Origin: a virus
Lineage: Duplodnaviria; Caudoviricetes
Virus record (IMG/VR): IMGVR_UViG_3300012971_000044
Span: 1-35,670 of that record
Length of the DNA stretch: 35,670 nucleotides
Strand: one strand, 5' to 3'
Under the pieces are notes generated by a model, which was not told the DNA's origin, ran no database searches, and saw only the letters and a list, made by a program, of their open reading frames with translations. Shown piece after piece: positions 35,043 to 35,670 of this stretch. The position numbers and the translations under genes are program-made. How positions within the stretch are numbered: the stretch's first letter is position 1; every line of letters starts with the position of its first letter.

Positions 35043-35522
35043 CTACTTGGCTTTCGTCTTTGACGTGCCAATCCTTCTTACCTCCCGTTCTAGTCGAGTT
35101 ATACGTAACTCGAAGTCTTGCAATACCTTCGCTACGTCTAATCCTCCCTTCTCTAGCGACTCTCTCCAGGCTGCAAGAGACTTGACACGCCTCTCAACCT
35201 CTACCACCATTGTAGCAGACGAGGTGCGTTCTGTCAAGTGTTCCGGCGGGAGAAGATCACCCGCTGGCAATTCTCCCGTTATCTCGATTATGGTAGGTTG
35301 GTGTCTATTGCCAACTTGAATGATACGTACAACATCATACGCTAGCAGTAACCGTTTGATCCGCGTATAGCTTGCGTTACTCGCTCCCGTTTGTTTAAAC
35401 AGGTCGCCGATCTTACCAGTGAATACCTGCTGACCATGCTCATTCATTTCGGACTGATCCCGCAGTAGCTCAAACATCATACGAGCCTGAGCAAGCCAAG
35501 CAGGTTCAGTTGCGTTAGCCAC
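35043..35522 (-). CDS. Putative winged-HTH protein with C-terminal coiled coil
   Basis: IGDLFKQTGASNASYTRIKRLL...VVRIIQVG resembles a winged HTH; the C-terminus is heptad-like. Confidence 0.55.
   Translation of the reverse strand: MANATEPAWLAQARMMFELLRDQSEMNEHGQQVFTGKIGDLFKQTGASNASYTRIKRLLLAYDVVRIIQVGNRHQPTIIEITGELPAGDLLPPEHLTERTSSATMVVEVERRVKSLAAWRESLEKGGLDVAKVLQDFELRITRLEREVRRIGTSKTKAK
35209..35237 (-). promoter_or_regulatory. Near-consensus sigma70-type promoter inside a CDS
   Basis: TTGACA-17 nt-TACAAT with TG extension. Confidence 0.75.
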
Positions 35523-35670
35523 TTGCTTCTAGCGTAGTTTGGTCAGGGTTGCTAGCAAGCCAGCCGTCGAGGAAACAATAGCGACACATGAATACCCCGT
35601 TTACCTCGCTTACCATAATGCCGCTTTGTCGAGGATCTACACAGTTAGGATTCTCACAACGAAACAACTC
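35515..35670 (-). CDS. 3' end of a Zn-finger protein (partial)
   Basis: ELFRCENPNC...MCRYCFLDGW...SG* open from the window edge. Confidence 0.6.
   Translation of the reverse strand, partial: ELFRCENPNCVDPRQSGIMVSEVNGVFMCRYCFLDGWLASNPDQTTLEASG

Noticed and set aside
1-35670. Stop-codon reassignment
   Set aside because: Genes are intact and tightly packed under the standard code, with TAA, TAG and TGA all used as stops.

Overview
This is a 35.7-kb slice of a tailed dsDNA phage with a contractile tail (myovirus-like). It has two convergent arms. The + strand (1-18061) is a late operon: head-tail joining genes, sheath, tube, a frameshifted tail chaperone, tape measure, baseplate, two collar/needle fibres and a lysis cassette. 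The - strand (18223-35670) carries early/replication genes: a secreted Rpf-like transglycosylase, a RuvC-like nuclease, a UDG-domain family A DNA polymerase, a dNMP kinase, a primase-helicase, a CAT-anticodon tRNA (probably Ile2), a secreted pilin-like protein, SSB/Sak4/Cas4-like recombination genes and an SNF2 helicase. The Rpf-like and pilin-like proteins suggest an actinobacterial host (inference). The most unusual signal is non-coding. The heptamer AACGGGA recurs about 21 times on the transcribed strand and only twice against it (counted by eye). One of the two exceptions is the loop of a hairpin just downstream of a sigma70-type promoter (34251-34279). That RNA could pair on both sides of the non-canonical ATT start of the exonuclease gene and 12/12 with the RBS of another gene. 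This suggests a phage-encoded RNA-guided translational control system. All calls come from reading the sequence; no searches were run.
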